Counted from the first letter of the stretch, positions 8,331 through 19,869 are shown. The stretch is 62,920 bases of DNA from a virus (IMGVR_UViG_3300043391_000241:1-62920); one strand, 5' to 3'. Translations and numbers: made by a program. Notes: generated from the letters alone by a model not told the origin.

Positions 8331-8693
8331 ATGAAGAAACAACAGGTGATGATCCCTGCAAAGATGCCTTCACATGATCCGCTGTATCATAGATACGAGG
8401 CATGGAAGATCCTTACTGCTGTGTGTAAGATCTCTGGCATTAGCATAACGCGCCTTGATTCAAAGGAGAGAAGCAAAGGTCTTACTGCGTGGCGCGACAT
8501 AGCCTACTGCGTTGCTCAGACATTCTTTCTCATGTCTCCAACAGAAGCTGCTAAGTCATTCAATGTTTCTCGTTCCACTATCATCAATAGTGGAACGAGA
8601 AGTGACAACCTAATCGAGTGTCAGTTGCACGCTGAAACGCAAACGTATGTCGATATGTTGTATCGGGTATACGATACGGCTATTGCGGGTTGA
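8331..8693 (+). CDS. DnaA domain IV-like HTH protein
   Basis: ILTAVCKISGISITRLDSKERSKGLTAWRDIAY...EAAKSFNVSRSTII follows the Bac_DnaA_C pattern. Confidence 0.6.
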   Translation: MKKQQVMIPAKMPSHDPLYHRYEAWKILTAVCKISGISITRLDSKERSKGLTAWRDIAYCVAQTFFLMSPTEAAKSFNVSRSTIINSGTRSDNLIECQLHAETQTYVDMLYRVYDTAIAG

Positions 8694-11600
8694 GCTTGAT
8701 GTAACGCGTGTAGCGGTTGAGTTCGTCATTGAACGTCTTCATCCGCTGCACGCCCACATCTCCTAAGCTCAACACCTTTTCGATGAACGCTGGATTTGGT
8801 ACGGGCTTCTCTGATAGTCCGTTGAAGATCAGACTGATGCGGCGATCCCCGTATCCCATATCCTGCTGCTTCATAAGTCCAGCGGCTTCCCGAATCCCGA
8901 ATCCTGATTTAGGAATGTTGAGGAACCCACGAAGTCCCTTGTATACTTCTTCGTCAATACGGACGCGAGTCTCAACCCAATCTCTGGCAAGCCCCCTGAC
9001 GTCGTCGTCAGACAGCGCACGTTTCGTCTTGAGTTGATTGATCCTGCCAGTCAGATCGTTCCGCTCCTTCTGCTTGTTGCGTAGGAACTTCGTCGCGCTC
9101 TCCGTCACGTTGACTTCGCGTGGACGGGTTGGCTTGAACTCATCCAGTAGAATATGGAGTGGTGCATACTTATCATCAACAGCGAGTCCTTGAGCAGAGT
9201 TGAAAGCTTCCCATGCTTTCTGTATCATGCGAGGGTTGAACGAGTTGTCGATAATGTAGCCTAACTTCTTAGCGTATTGCATGATGCCGTCAGACTCATA
9301 GGCAATCGGTTGCTTTGTACTACGATCTTGATTGTTCCATACATCGAGCAATGCTCCAGTAAAGATCTGCGTATCAAGATAGGTACTCGATAGAGCATTA
9401 GTAAAACTCGTCATAGCCTTTGAATAGTTTCCTCTAGAGATCTGTTCAAGACTACGCAAAATCGGATCGGCAACTAACGAGTAAGGGTTGATGAACGTAA
9501 GGTCGCCTGACATCAGCTTCCCGCCAAACCATCTATAGTAGAAGTATGTATTGTCCTTAGCATACGATGGCATACCTTCACGGAGTGCTTCATCCTCGTC
9601 GTCTCCGATCCCCATCCAGCGACGTATTGCTTCAGACGCTGCACCTGAGATGACAAATAAGACAGAGTTCATACCCCAAAAGCGTTTCTGCCCACGACTT
9701 CTGATAACTGGATTATCTGACTTCCGCTCTTTAGACGCGAGCTTGTAAGTGTTGAAGACGATCCGTGGAACTTCAGTCTTGTACCGCAAGAATGGAGCAA
9801 CGAACATCCCGCCACTACGGACAGTCGCCTGAATAATTGCTGGAGCTTCTGAGTAACTCTGCGCTGTAGCGAGTACGTTGTCTGCTGCAAGACGCTTCAT
9901 CTCATAGTCTGTCAGTTTAGCGTAGTACGAATCCGTATTGCCAGCGTCGAGGTCATGCTGCTTTGCTTTCTGGAATGTCTCAAGTTCATGGTGGAAGTAT
10001 GCCATCTTGTAGAACCCATCGACTGCTCCAGATGCTGCCCGAAGTTTATCCGTCAATGGCGCAGTTGCTTCAGATATTTTATCATAGACGACTCCAGCTT
10101 TTTGCTTTACAGTTTGAAGCTTCTCCATAATCGAATTAGCTTCCTCCTTCAAACTCTCTGGTGTCTTGCGTCCTTTGAGAAGATCCTTAATAAGCGACGA
10201 TTGCATCTCATTATTAAGTATGCCCAATGCTACTAGCTCTGCTCTGTACGCATCGATGTCGTTTGGATCTGCAACAACTTGTCCGATAAGTTTCATGGAT
10301 AGTGCCATCGACTTGAAGTTAACAAATCCTTGAGAAGGGGCGAAGAATAGAGAATTGCTTACGATGTTGCGGAGATAGAATCCAATCGAACCCAGCGTCT
10401 TAACGCCTAAGGATAGTCCAGTAAGCTTGTTGAATACGTTAGCAACTTCTTTAGTCGCAAACTGTGCAGCTGTCAGGTTGTCATCGATTACTGGAGGGCT
10501 ATACATCTTACGCATTCCTTCAATGAGTTCAAGCGGCCCGTACATATTGTATGTCGGATCGTATGTGCCGCCTAAGTCATCTGGAATAATCTCTTTAGAA
10601 TCTGGAACGTATATCTTTCCAGTCCGAAGATTAGCGTAACGCTGTTGCGTCATAGGATCTTTCCTAATGAGTTCCTTCAACTGCTCTTCAGTATACAAGA
10701 ATCCTTCTTCAACTGGTAGTCCGTCTTCGTCAATAGCTTGATTGCCCTCTGGATCTAGTACTGGCTTTGAACTGCCTACTGCAATCAAGTTGTTATAGAA
10801 CGACTGACGAGCAACCATTGTAGTAACTGTCGAGTAAGTATTCAGCAAGTTTGATACTGCCTCTGTGTCCTGACTATATTCACCTAGCAACGCACGGAGA
10901 CGAGGATCGAGATTCGTTTTGTTCCTGAGGTTATCGATCAGAGATTTAGTAACGCCCTTCGCTAAGACTCCACGCTTACGGTTATACTCTGGATCATACG
11001 ATTTGATATACTGAACCATCAACTGTGCGGGAATCTCAGGATGATCATCTAGATAATCCTTAGCCTCAATCATAGCTTGCTGTTTCGTTAGTGCCTTCGA
11101 CCCATCGATCTTAGACTGCTTAGTCGAAGCATTAACTCTGATGCTCGCTTCTTTCTTGATGTATCTTTCGCGGAAGTACTCCATCGCTTCGTCACGAATC
11201 TTGACGAATACCTCATCCTTAGATGTCAGGACTTTGTCTACGTACCCTTCTTCAGAGAAGGTGCGGTAGGATCGAGTGAGGTAGATACCCATTCCCGCAT
11301 CGAAGCGCACAGCAAGTGAACCTTTCAGTCCGTATTGCTCTTTCACTTTGCGCGACCAAAAATCTGTAGTCTTACGCATTTCAAGCAGTGCTGCCGCAAG
11401 CTCAGGAGAAGTGAGAGAGATCTTTTCCAGAGCGGCAGACTGCTTACGTAGGATTTCATCACGTAGTCTAGCACGCTCTGCCGTAACCCGCTGCACAACA
11501 AGTCGCTGATGGACACTAGTGAGATACTCTTTAGAGGTAAGCTTCGCGCTGGTTTCAAGATTGAACTCTCCGTTCTTCACGCGCTGCTTTACTGTCGCAA

Positions 11601-14600
11601 CATAGGTGCGGTATTCACTCTGGAACTTCTGCTTAAGCTCTTTATCAATCTGAATAAATTCAGTTGTTCCGACAGCGTCTGCAAGAAGATCGGATGGCGC
11701 ATTAGCTTCGCTGCCATATGCTTCCTTGATCTGCTTAGTAATCTTGCTTGTGAGTGACATCCCCATCGCATCTGTAGCACGCTCGAAAGATTGCTGATTC
11801 TTTTTGAGTCTACTTACGCGCTCGTCGATATCGCCTTTGATGAGCTTACGCCATGTACTGGAAGCGTGTTGGTAGTTCCCGTTCTTGAATAGTGCTATGG
11901 GAAGTTCAAGTGTTTGAGCTAGACCTTTCAAGCGTTCTTCGATTTCCTCATCCGTCGTATCGGGATTGATATCCCTAGCTGTTGCAGCATAGCGGCGGCG
12001 AAGTACTTCGACGTTAGCTTCTGGAGAGCGTGGATCGAATGGACTATGGTTATCGACATTACGACCTCCAGATTGCATGAACTCAAGCTCGACTGCCATG
12101 CGATGAATCATCCCAGCAACTTCTGGATTATCTTTATTCAGGTTGTAGCGGGCGTACATCCGCTTGAAGACCCCTTTGAAGTAGCGGAACATGATACGCA
12201 TGAGTGACGGATCGCTCTCGTAGAATGCGATGTCTTCCTCCGTAGTGTAACCGCGAGTAATCTTCTGCTTCTCCATACGCAGCATCTCCCCGATAAGCTG
12301 GCGTTTGATCTCGCCATCCTCATCGTTCTGAAGAGCCTCACGCAATTGACTACGGCGACTAGGATTAGCTGTGTACTCATCGACGATGTTGTAGAAGTCC
12401 TGATCGATGAACGAGTCTGCCAAACCGTTTAGTTCTTCCGTCGAGATCGCATAGAACTCTGCAACGTGATCAAGCTCTTCTCCGATAAGAGATTCAAGAA
12501 TCGCTTTAGCATTCAACGGATCACTGATAGTGGACTGCTGGTTTAGAAGTGCTTTGCCCATCGTCTCTCTGTTGATAAAGATTGCTGGATAAGTTTCTCC
12601 AGCATCGTTCTTCATCAGAGCCGCGACGATTGCATCCTCAGGACGATCCGCAAAGATTCCGTGTGCGTCTGCTTCAGCTTGCGTGTTGAAGACTTCGACG
12701 CTCACATCAGCAGGAATCAGTCCGCGAACTGCTTGATCGATCAGAATGTTGATTACTTCCTTTTGCTCTGGCGAAGTATCGATATCCTCAGAGATCGATC
12801 CGAAGTTTGCGAAGCGTGTTTGCTGTTGCGATTCTGAAACCTTCTCAACTACAGGAATAATTCTACGACTGACTCCGACACTAATGGCTTCTTGAATACC
12901 TCTATCAATGTAGTCACGACTTGTTCTAGCCATATCGCTGTTGCCAATTTCAGTGAAGTCAGTAAGCGCAGCAAGTGCTGTGTCGAACTCACTCTTTGGT
13001 TTAATGCCAAAGGCACTCAAGATTGCATCATAGATACGAGCGAAGAAGTTTTTGCCATTAGTCTTAGGATCTTGCAGGAACTTCAGGCTATTCTGGAAGT
13101 CTGACGAAGAGAAGTACGTCGCAACGAACTCTTCAAAGTTCCCTGTAGCAAGCTCGAAAGCAACGCTACGCCTGCCAGTCAAACGGGAATCCTCTGCATA
13201 CGCTGCTTTAGTAAGCTCATAAAGTCCTTTAAGTCTTGCCTTTGCCGTGCGCTGCGATGGTGTGAGTGACGCATCAGGTCTATTAAGAAGATCAACAGTG
13301 AATGCGTGAACGTACTCATGTAGCAGAACTGACTCTACGCCATTGCCATAATAACCTGCAAGATTGACTGAGACACGACCTCCGCCCGATTCAAACGCAA
13401 TAAAATTTCCAGCTTCGTTGTTGTTAATATCCGTGATAACAAACTGAATGTTGCGAATAATGTCTGGATTTTTCAACAAGAGTTTAGCAATAGCTTTGTG
13501 GTTCTTATCCTTGCCACTCTTAGCAATAAGATTCAAAGCAGAAATAACGGACTCGACGTTTCCAGATTCAAGACTAAGTCTCTCGACTTCTTGATTGTTC
13601 TTGTTACGGTAGAAGGCACGATACTTATCAGAGATAAACGAAGGCGCAGCGTAGCTACGCTGACCGACACGAGCAGCAACAACAACGGAAGCAGCTTCTC
13701 CTGAGTCCATTCCCGTTGAAATCAGTTCTTTAATGGCGCGGCTTTCTTGCCGCATGAACTTGATTTCAGCTTCGTTAAAGCCCAACCTAAGCATCCGCTC
13801 TTGTAAACCCTTATCCCATTGCTTTTTAAATTGGTGCTGGAATACTCCAGAAGATTCAAAGGCGTCGTAAACAGTTCTAGCTGTAGCATTAGACTCTTTA
13901 AAGTTATCTAAGAACTGTCTACGGAATGTGTGAGAGTCTACTACTGAGAACCTATTCCCAGCTGGGGATGCCCATTGGGCAATAGAGTTAAAGACATCTA
14001 CAGGCATCATAGAGTCAACAAGTTCTGGATTACTTTTAAACGCTGTCTGTTTAGCAAGTCGCTTAATAGCCCGTGCAGCTTCACGATCCCTTCTAAGGAT
14101 CGCGTAAGCGTCTTGAATTATTCCAGCATTAACTTTGGTTAATTCCTCTGCGTTATTAGTAGTATGGAGATACATACTTGTAGCTTCATCGTACCCATAC
14201 ACGGCTTTAAGTGCTGCTTCAAATTCATTTTCTGTAAGGTCTGACTTAACTAGTCTGCTGTAAGCATCTGCTTGCGCGTTATCTCTTGACTCTCTATCGT
14301 ATGTGAGACGATCTTTAATGCGATCTCTGATCCTACTTACAATTGATGGCACATTTGGAAAATTCCCATTACTATCCGCGTGTGCGATATTATCATTGAT
14401 AGTATTTAATAAGAACTGATCAACAACTTTATTTGCCCACTGAGGATCTAGAGTACGAACGGCGTTCTTCTTAGTGGATACTAAAATTTGAGGCTTTATT
14501 TCACCCGATTTAAATCCGAAAGTGTACAGGAAGCTCGCTTTGTTTTCTTCCTCTGACGTAACTTTTAGATCTTGATCTAGTTTAGCGTCAGAAGGAACTG

Positions 14601-17600
14601 AAAGACTATTGAGCAAGATTGATCTAGCTTGTTCAATTCCTTCGGGCTTAATTAAATAAGTAGACCCGTTTCGTACTAGAAGATCTGATGACTGTAAGGA
14701 TTGTACAAGATGACCATATGTTAAAGCTCTAGTGAACTCTGGAATAACTTCCATCATGAAGTTGAGTTTAACCTCTTGAACTTCATCAGCACGGAGTTTA
14801 AGTCGATCTAAATTTGCAAGCTTAAATAGTTTCTTTGAAGCCCCAATGTTCTTCATGTATAGCGTATTATCACTACCAACATTCTGCGTAATTGTAGAAT
14901 ACACATTACCGAAGAAATTGGTAACATTGATAATGGCTTCAGAAAGTGAGAATTCTTTAGCATCTGAAGTCTCTGTAATATCGTTGAGGTTTCTATTTAC
15001 GGTCACTTTACTTTCAACAGAAGACTTAAATCCAGCAAGTAAATCAAAACTGTCTGCAATAGTTTTTGCTACCTTATTTTCTGTTGGCTTACTTTTATCT
15101 TTGTGTACAATAGAAATCTTTTCGAGAGGGTTTGAAGGACTAGGAAACTGTACGTCGTAGATTACTCTCGACTGTTCATCAAATTTAATCGCCTTATTTA
15201 CAGCCCCATTAAAATTTTGTGGTACTTTAATTGGAATTTTTGACTTTAGAATATGCGCGACAGTGAACGGATTATTGTCAAATACACCGACACGCACTCC
15301 GCCGTCTCTAAAGATATTATAACGAAGGCGCACTTCCTGTTCGTAGTTTCCAGTAAACGGATTAAACCAACTGAGCTTAGGCGTAGTCTTTGACTCCATA
15401 AGTTCTGTTGGAATACCGTACAACTCAACTACTTCACCTAAAGAAAGTGGTGGGTACTTAGCAAAAGTACGTACTGCCAGCATATTCGATAGTTCATTAT
15501 AGCTGATAGCATCACTATAGTTAGCGGGCATTCCAAATGCCGCACTCTTCTTAAAGCGCACGACTGCGCCTTCATCAGAAAGGTAATCAAGAACTTTAGG
15601 AATTTGTTCATTGGCAACTTGTACAGCAACGGACGCACCCCTTACACGTTCTTCATCCGCGAGCCTAAGCTTTTCAATACGTGCTCTCTCAGTTTCAGCT
15701 TTAGCTTCCGCCTTAGCTTGAGCTGCTAATGCTTTAGCGTCACTTGGAACTTTAGGAGCTTTGGGTTCCTTAGGAGCTTTGGGTTCCTTAGGAGCTTTGG
15801 GTTCCTTAGGAGCTTTGGGTTCCTTAGAAGCTTTAGGTTCCTTAGGAGCTTTAGGTTCCTTAGGAGCTTTAGCTTCTTCTACTGCAACTGTCCGCAGACG
15901 CTCTGCAACAGCAGAAGCTTGAAACGGATCAACGTCGTTCTGAGAGGATAGCCGCTCACGAATTCGTTTGTCAGCAGCTTCAAGAGTTAAGCCTCGTCTA
16001 ACGAGTGCCTGAACTGCTTCATTATATTCCTGCCGCGTAAACGAAAGCGAGTCATCGGGTTGGCTTTGGATCGAGTACTTAAGATTCTTATCCGCTTCTG
16101 ATTGAGGAAAGATTAAGTTGGGATCTAAGAGTGGGCTTTCGACAATAGCAATTGGAGATGAGATTTGATCAAGTAAGTCTGGAAGAGCTTGTTCAGAAGT
16201 CTCAAGATATGCCCCTTGAACTGCGGCACGAAACTCTTCTGGAGAAACGTCACGAAGTCTTTTGATAATCTCGTCGGCTTTACTATCAGCAAGAGGCTGA
16301 ATCTTGAGTTCGTTGATTGGGATGGAAAGAACATCGGGAGTAGCATCAGCATTGCCAGCCTCTACTTCTGCCATCGTAGTATTATCGTCACCGATTTTAA
16401 CGTATGCAATCGGCCCGTTCTCAGATTCGGCGACGCCAATAACTGTGCCAGAATAGAATCCTTTGCTAGTGCGGCCTGATGCAACTTGTCCAATAAGCGG
16501 ATTTACCTCTTCTTGTTCTGGTGCAACTTCTGCCGTATCAGTACGGAGACTCTGTGCAACAGAAGAAGTAGCGAAAGGCTTCTTGATTGCGCCTGTGAGA
16601 TTAGCATCTTCGATTGGCTTCCTTGATTCGGCAATACGATCAAGCACACTTTTGATATTGCTGCGAAGCTTATCAGCGGTGTCGGGCATCGAGTTGGCTG
16701 TCGGTGCAAGATCACGATTAGTCGCCAGTACGTGTGGATGCTCTGGATTTCCAGAAGATACTTTGACAATGTTGAGCTTACGGATATCTCCAACAGTCTG
16801 GTTTAGATAATCTGCAACAGCTCGCAGATCTTCAGATCCATAGAAATTATTGATGTCTTTCCCTGAAGTTTTATTGAACCATCCATCTGAGCCAATGCCA
16901 AAGATCGGATACCACTTGCCCACAGCAACGTCAGCTTTGCCGCCAGATCCAGTGCTGATGTAGAACGGCACACGGATGCCGTTGATAGACGCAAGCACTA
17001 ACGGTCTTCCAGAATAGTTCAGCACTCTAGCTTCACCAGACTGCTCTTCAAGAGGTCCGCCAGTTACTGTAGCGTACTTAGTAGTGTATGGCGCAGAATC
17101 AAAAGTAACTTTGTTGCCGTTGATGTCTGCCGCTTGTGCCAAGACAGATTCAAGTTGCTCAGGATTACTGAAAGATGCTGGCGTAGTTGGCGCAGCTGGT
17201 GCGGGTAGTGCTGGAGTTGCTGCGTTAGCCTGTGGCTTAATGCTTCCAGTTCCGATTAGTCCGACAGCATTTCTTGCTCCAGCACTGGCAGCGGCTGAAG
17301 TTTCTTCTGGCTTATTAGCCATTGCATTCAGCTGGTCTAGCGTAACAAACTCATCTGTGTTCGCAGCAGCGGCAGCAGGATTAGCCGCAGCTGGCTTTGC
17401 AGCAGCTGGAGCAGCAGCCTTCTGTTGCGGTGCAAAGATGCGTCTCTCAATTGCTTCAGCTGTAAGTGGACTGCCAGCGGCACGGAGATTCTCAGCGATC
17501 TGATTTACGACAGAAGCCTTTGCAGCATCTCGACTCTCAGCATCGATCTCTCCGCCTCTCGCGAATTTGCCTAATGTTGCGCGGAAAGCTCCAGCCGCTC

Positions 17601-19869
17601 CACCGAATACGCCGCCGTATGCCGCCGCCATTCCTGACTGCTTAATACGCTCAAGCATTGGGCGATCCTCATTAGTGAATCCTGTTTCAACAAACCCGTT
17701 AATGAATTCTTGAACGCCTTCTTCCACTGCTTCGTCAGCGAAGTTCTTTACAACACCCATCGTAGCAGATGTCTTGAACAAGTTCTTGTAACCAGCCTTA
17801 ATTGTATTGGCTACGACTTTGTTGAAAATCTGATTTGCTGCGTCAGACTCAAGTTCTCCAGCAGGGAAGTTAATTCCTTTGATCTTTGAGAGAACAGCTT
17901 TCATCTGGCGTGGAGTAGCTCCGCCCAACATGAAGTCTTCCAGACCTCCACGACCTAACATCGAGAAGCCGACAGTAGTCGCTCCAGTGATTGTTGCAGC
18001 AAGTATACCTCCAGCTAATGACCTATCGTGTTTTTCCTGATCAGTCATCTTCTGACCTTCGGGAGAGTCCTGAAGAGCGGAATAGATACTAGCGTAGGTA
18101 CTACCGCCTTCACGGGTAGCCGCAGGAACAAACATTGCTGAACGAATCAGGTACTTGTTTGCAGTAGTTTCTGCGTAGGCTTTGATAGCTGTAGCCGCGC
18201 TTTGTTCTATCGTCTGCGAAGCTGATGCCTTTACAAGGCCACTCGTAATGAGTCGAGCGGCGGCATCTTCCGCAGTTTCAGTTGCGGCTTTAGCCAGCGT
18301 GCCTCTTGCAATTCCAGTAATAATGCCCTTTGCAGTTAGGCGTGCGCCAGCATATGCTGCACCTCCAGCACCGCCCGCTGTCGTTAATAAAGCGGTTACT
18401 ACTCCGTCAGTCACAACTGGAGCAATCATTTCTCCGAACGTAGTAGTGACGCCGAAATCTTCTCCAAAGATATTTGCGAGTTGTCTACGCGAAGATCTTT
18501 TTCGCTGTGATTCTAGCAGTGCATCTATGCTTTCTTTGTTCTTTGCAACAGTTCCCACAGTATGATAGATATCAGCAAATCCATCATATATGGACGAGCC
18601 TATAGCTCCGACAATTTCATTCTTAAAGTAGCTATAGTCATGTGTATTTAAGAATTGATCTAAAATTTCAGACTTCTTTTTATTTTGTGCAAAGCCAGTC
18701 TGTACAGCATTTGTCCACTCGTCTGAAAGATATGTATCTTTAAATACTTTACCATACGTATCGAAAGACGAATCAAGTTTAGACTGGCGCATAACACCGA
18801 AACCAGCACGATCATCCTCTGTGAGATCTGGATTCGCCATAACGGAATCAAATACACTCTGCTTGATAAGGGCATCACGATGCAAGACGGGGGAACCGTA
18901 TCCAAAGTAATGGAGGTTCTTCGTAATCTCTTCGCCTTCACGGAACTTGAGTTGCCCAGAATCAGCGGCAATAGTTCCACCTAAGAACTCAAGAGCAGCA
19001 CGCTTATCAGCATTAGGAAGAGTAGCCATTTCTGGAATCTTTTCTTCCATCCTATCAATAAGCATCTTATAGCGACCATTAACATCGCTCATCGTATACG
19101 CCCGATTGTGATCGATATCGCCTAAAGTTTCAGATAGCTTGAGTGTATTCTTCTTAAAGTCTTCGTCGTTATTGAAGAGTGAGAAAGCCGCAGCAGTAGA
19201 CTTATCATAGTTCTCTTGCTGGAACTTAGGAACAGTAGAACCTGTAGGAATCGTATAGGCATCTTGAATAGCAAGAGCATCGTCGGCACTAAGAAATCCC
19301 ATTCGTTTGCCTTGCTGATAGGCATCATAAGGAGTCATATTCTTCGCAAGCTCCCCGCCAACATAACGTGTTTGTCCTACGGAATCTTTTACTTTAGCAA
19401 AAGGAATAGTACCTTCGCTGAGTAATTTCATCTGAACCTTGTCATAGTTGGCGTCAGTAGCCGCCATAGCTTTAGCTTCAAGCTCTGGCATTGCCGCCTG
19501 ATAAGTTTCGAGATCTGGTCCTTCGATCTTGCCAGCTTCAAGATTCTTTTTGGTAATGTAAAAACGACGCATGTCGTCGTAGCCAGTATCCTCTTCATTA
19601 GTATTACGGAAAACGTAATCGAACTTCCGTTCAAATGGAACTTCTGTTGGCGCAAATTGTTTATCGATATCCTCTTTGCTTAACCCCAAAACAGGATCAG
19701 ATAGTGAAGCATATCGCGCTTCGTCTACTGTCTTATTAATATCCCCATCAAGTTTGCCCTCTTTAAAGTAAGAGTCTTTGACGTATTCAGAATACTTATT
19801 ACGCTTTTCTAGTTCATCGCTAACATTGTTTGAAAGCGACCATTGGTCGATTGATTGAAGCTCAGGCAT
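8680..19869 (-). CDS. Giant (3729 aa) putative ejected internal virion / large polyvalent protein with a zincin-like metallopeptidase domain
   Basis: LLHEYVH motif with downstream EEFVA; Gly/Ala-rich hydrophobic N-terminal stretches; no Cys seen; last gene of a three-gene operon. Confidence 0.75.
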   Translation of the reverse strand: MPELQSIDQWSLSNNVSDELEKRNKYSEYVKDSYFKEGKLDGDINKTVDEARYASLSDPVLGLSKEDIDKQFAPTEVPFERKFDYVFRNTNEEDTGYDDMRRFYITKKNLEAGKIEGPDLETYQAAMPELEAKAMAATDANYDKVQMKLLSEGTIPFAKVKDSVGQTRYVGGELAKNMTPYDAYQQGKRMGFLSADDALAIQDAYTIPTGSTVPKFQQENYDKSTAAAFSLFNNDEDFKKNTLKLSETLGDIDHNRAYTMSDVNGRYKMLIDRMEEKIPEMATLPNADKRAALEFLGGTIAADSGQLKFREGEEITKNLHYFGYGSPVLHRDALIKQSVFDSVMANPDLTEDDRAGFGVMRQSKLDSSFDTYGKVFKDTYLSDEWTNAVQTGFAQNKKKSEILDQFLNTHDYSYFKNEIVGAIGSSIYDGFADIYHTVGTVAKNKESIDALLESQRKRSSRRQLANIFGEDFGVTTTFGEMIAPVVTDGVVTALLTTAGGAGGAAYAGARLTAKGIITGIARGTLAKAATETAEDAAARLITSGLVKASASQTIEQSAATAIKAYAETTANKYLIRSAMFVPAATREGGSTYASIYSALQDSPEGQKMTDQEKHDRSLAGGILAATITGATTVGFSMLGRGGLEDFMLGGATPRQMKAVLSKIKGINFPAGELESDAANQIFNKVVANTIKAGYKNLFKTSATMGVVKNFADEAVEEGVQEFINGFVETGFTNEDRPMLERIKQSGMAAAYGGVFGGAAGAFRATLGKFARGGEIDAESRDAAKASVVNQIAENLRAAGSPLTAEAIERRIFAPQQKAAAPAAAKPAAANPAAAAANTDEFVTLDQLNAMANKPEETSAAASAGARNAVGLIGTGSIKPQANAATPALPAPAAPTTPASFSNPEQLESVLAQAADINGNKVTFDSAPYTTKYATVTGGPLEEQSGEARVLNYSGRPLVLASINGIRVPFYISTGSGGKADVAVGKWYPIFGIGSDGWFNKTSGKDINNFYGSEDLRAVADYLNQTVGDIRKLNIVKVSSGNPEHPHVLATNRDLAPTANSMPDTADKLRSNIKSVLDRIAESRKPIEDANLTGAIKKPFATSSVAQSLRTDTAEVAPEQEEVNPLIGQVASGRTSKGFYSGTVIGVAESENGPIAYVKIGDDNTTMAEVEAGNADATPDVLSIPINELKIQPLADSKADEIIKRLRDVSPEEFRAAVQGAYLETSEQALPDLLDQISSPIAIVESPLLDPNLIFPQSEADKNLKYSIQSQPDDSLSFTRQEYNEAVQALVRRGLTLEAADKRIRERLSSQNDVDPFQASAVAERLRTVAVEEAKAPKEPKAPKEPKASKEPKAPKEPKAPKEPKAPKEPKAPKVPSDAKALAAQAKAEAKAETERARIEKLRLADEERVRGASVAVQVANEQIPKVLDYLSDEGAVVRFKKSAAFGMPANYSDAISYNELSNMLAVRTFAKYPPLSLGEVVELYGIPTELMESKTTPKLSWFNPFTGNYEQEVRLRYNIFRDGGVRVGVFDNNPFTVAHILKSKIPIKVPQNFNGAVNKAIKFDEQSRVIYDVQFPSPSNPLEKISIVHKDKSKPTENKVAKTIADSFDLLAGFKSSVESKVTVNRNLNDITETSDAKEFSLSEAIINVTNFFGNVYSTITQNVGSDNTLYMKNIGASKKLFKLANLDRLKLRADEVQEVKLNFMMEVIPEFTRALTYGHLVQSLQSSDLLVRNGSTYLIKPEGIEQARSILLNSLSVPSDAKLDQDLKVTSEEENKASFLYTFGFKSGEIKPQILVSTKKNAVRTLDPQWANKVVDQFLLNTINDNIAHADSNGNFPNVPSIVSRIRDRIKDRLTYDRESRDNAQADAYSRLVKSDLTENEFEAALKAVYGYDEATSMYLHTTNNAEELTKVNAGIIQDAYAILRRDREAARAIKRLAKQTAFKSNPELVDSMMPVDVFNSIAQWASPAGNRFSVVDSHTFRRQFLDNFKESNATARTVYDAFESSGVFQHQFKKQWDKGLQERMLRLGFNEAEIKFMRQESRAIKELISTGMDSGEAASVVVAARVGQRSYAAPSFISDKYRAFYRNKNNQEVERLSLESGNVESVISALNLIAKSGKDKNHKAIAKLLLKNPDIIRNIQFVITDINNNEAGNFIAFESGGGRVSVNLAGYYGNGVESVLLHEYVHAFTVDLLNRPDASLTPSQRTAKARLKGLYELTKAAYAEDSRLTGRRSVAFELATGNFEEFVATYFSSSDFQNSLKFLQDPKTNGKNFFARIYDAILSAFGIKPKSEFDTALAALTDFTEIGNSDMARTSRDYIDRGIQEAISVGVSRRIIPVVEKVSESQQQTRFANFGSISEDIDTSPEQKEVINILIDQAVRGLIPADVSVEVFNTQAEADAHGIFADRPEDAIVAALMKNDAGETYPAIFINRETMGKALLNQQSTISDPLNAKAILESLIGEELDHVAEFYAISTEELNGLADSFIDQDFYNIVDEYTANPSRRSQLREALQNDEDGEIKRQLIGEMLRMEKQKITRGYTTEEDIAFYESDPSLMRIMFRYFKGVFKRMYARYNLNKDNPEVAGMIHRMAVELEFMQSGGRNVDNHSPFDPRSPEANVEVLRRRYAATARDINPDTTDEEIEERLKGLAQTLELPIALFKNGNYQHASSTWRKLIKGDIDERVSRLKKNQQSFERATDAMGMSLTSKITKQIKEAYGSEANAPSDLLADAVGTTEFIQIDKELKQKFQSEYRTYVATVKQRVKNGEFNLETSAKLTSKEYLTSVHQRLVVQRVTAERARLRDEILRKQSAALEKISLTSPELAAALLEMRKTTDFWSRKVKEQYGLKGSLAVRFDAGMGIYLTRSYRTFSEEGYVDKVLTSKDEVFVKIRDEAMEYFRERYIKKEASIRVNASTKQSKIDGSKALTKQQAMIEAKDYLDDHPEIPAQLMVQYIKSYDPEYNRKRGVLAKGVTKSLIDNLRNKTNLDPRLRALLGEYSQDTEAVSNLLNTYSTVTTMVARQSFYNNLIAVGSSKPVLDPEGNQAIDEDGLPVEEGFLYTEEQLKELIRKDPMTQQRYANLRTGKIYVPDSKEIIPDDLGGTYDPTYNMYGPLELIEGMRKMYSPPVIDDNLTAAQFATKEVANVFNKLTGLSLGVKTLGSIGFYLRNIVSNSLFFAPSQGFVNFKSMALSMKLIGQVVADPNDIDAYRAELVALGILNNEMQSSLIKDLLKGRKTPESLKEEANSIMEKLQTVKQKAGVVYDKISEATAPLTDKLRAASGAVDGFYKMAYFHHELETFQKAKQHDLDAGNTDSYYAKLTDYEMKRLAADNVLATAQSYSEAPAIIQATVRSGGMFVAPFLRYKTEVPRIVFNTYKLASKERKSDNPVIRSRGQKRFWGMNSVLFVISGAASEAIRRWMGIGDDEDEALREGMPSYAKDNTYFYYRWFGGKLMSGDLTFINPYSLVADPILRSLEQISRGNYSKAMTSFTNALSSTYLDTQIFTGALLDVWNNQDRSTKQPIAYESDGIMQYAKKLGYIIDNSFNPRMIQKAWEAFNSAQGLAVDDKYAPLHILLDEFKPTRPREVNVTESATKFLRNKQKERNDLTGRINQLKTKRALSDDDVRGLARDWVETRVRIDEEVYKGLRGFLNIPKSGFGIREAAGLMKQQDMGYGDRRISLIFNGLSEKPVPNPAFIEKVLSLGDVGVQRMKTFNDELNRYTRYIKLNPQ
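15750..15873 (-). repeat. Coding 18-bp tandem repeat (KAPKEP)n
   Basis: TTTGGGTTCCTTAGGAGC repeated about six times. Confidence 0.92.

Noticed and set aside
8680-19869. N4-like or crAss-like virion RNA polymerase
   Set aside because: Size and lack of Cys fit, but I found no DxDGD/DFDxD or T7-type polymerase motifs, and the promoters are sigma70-like
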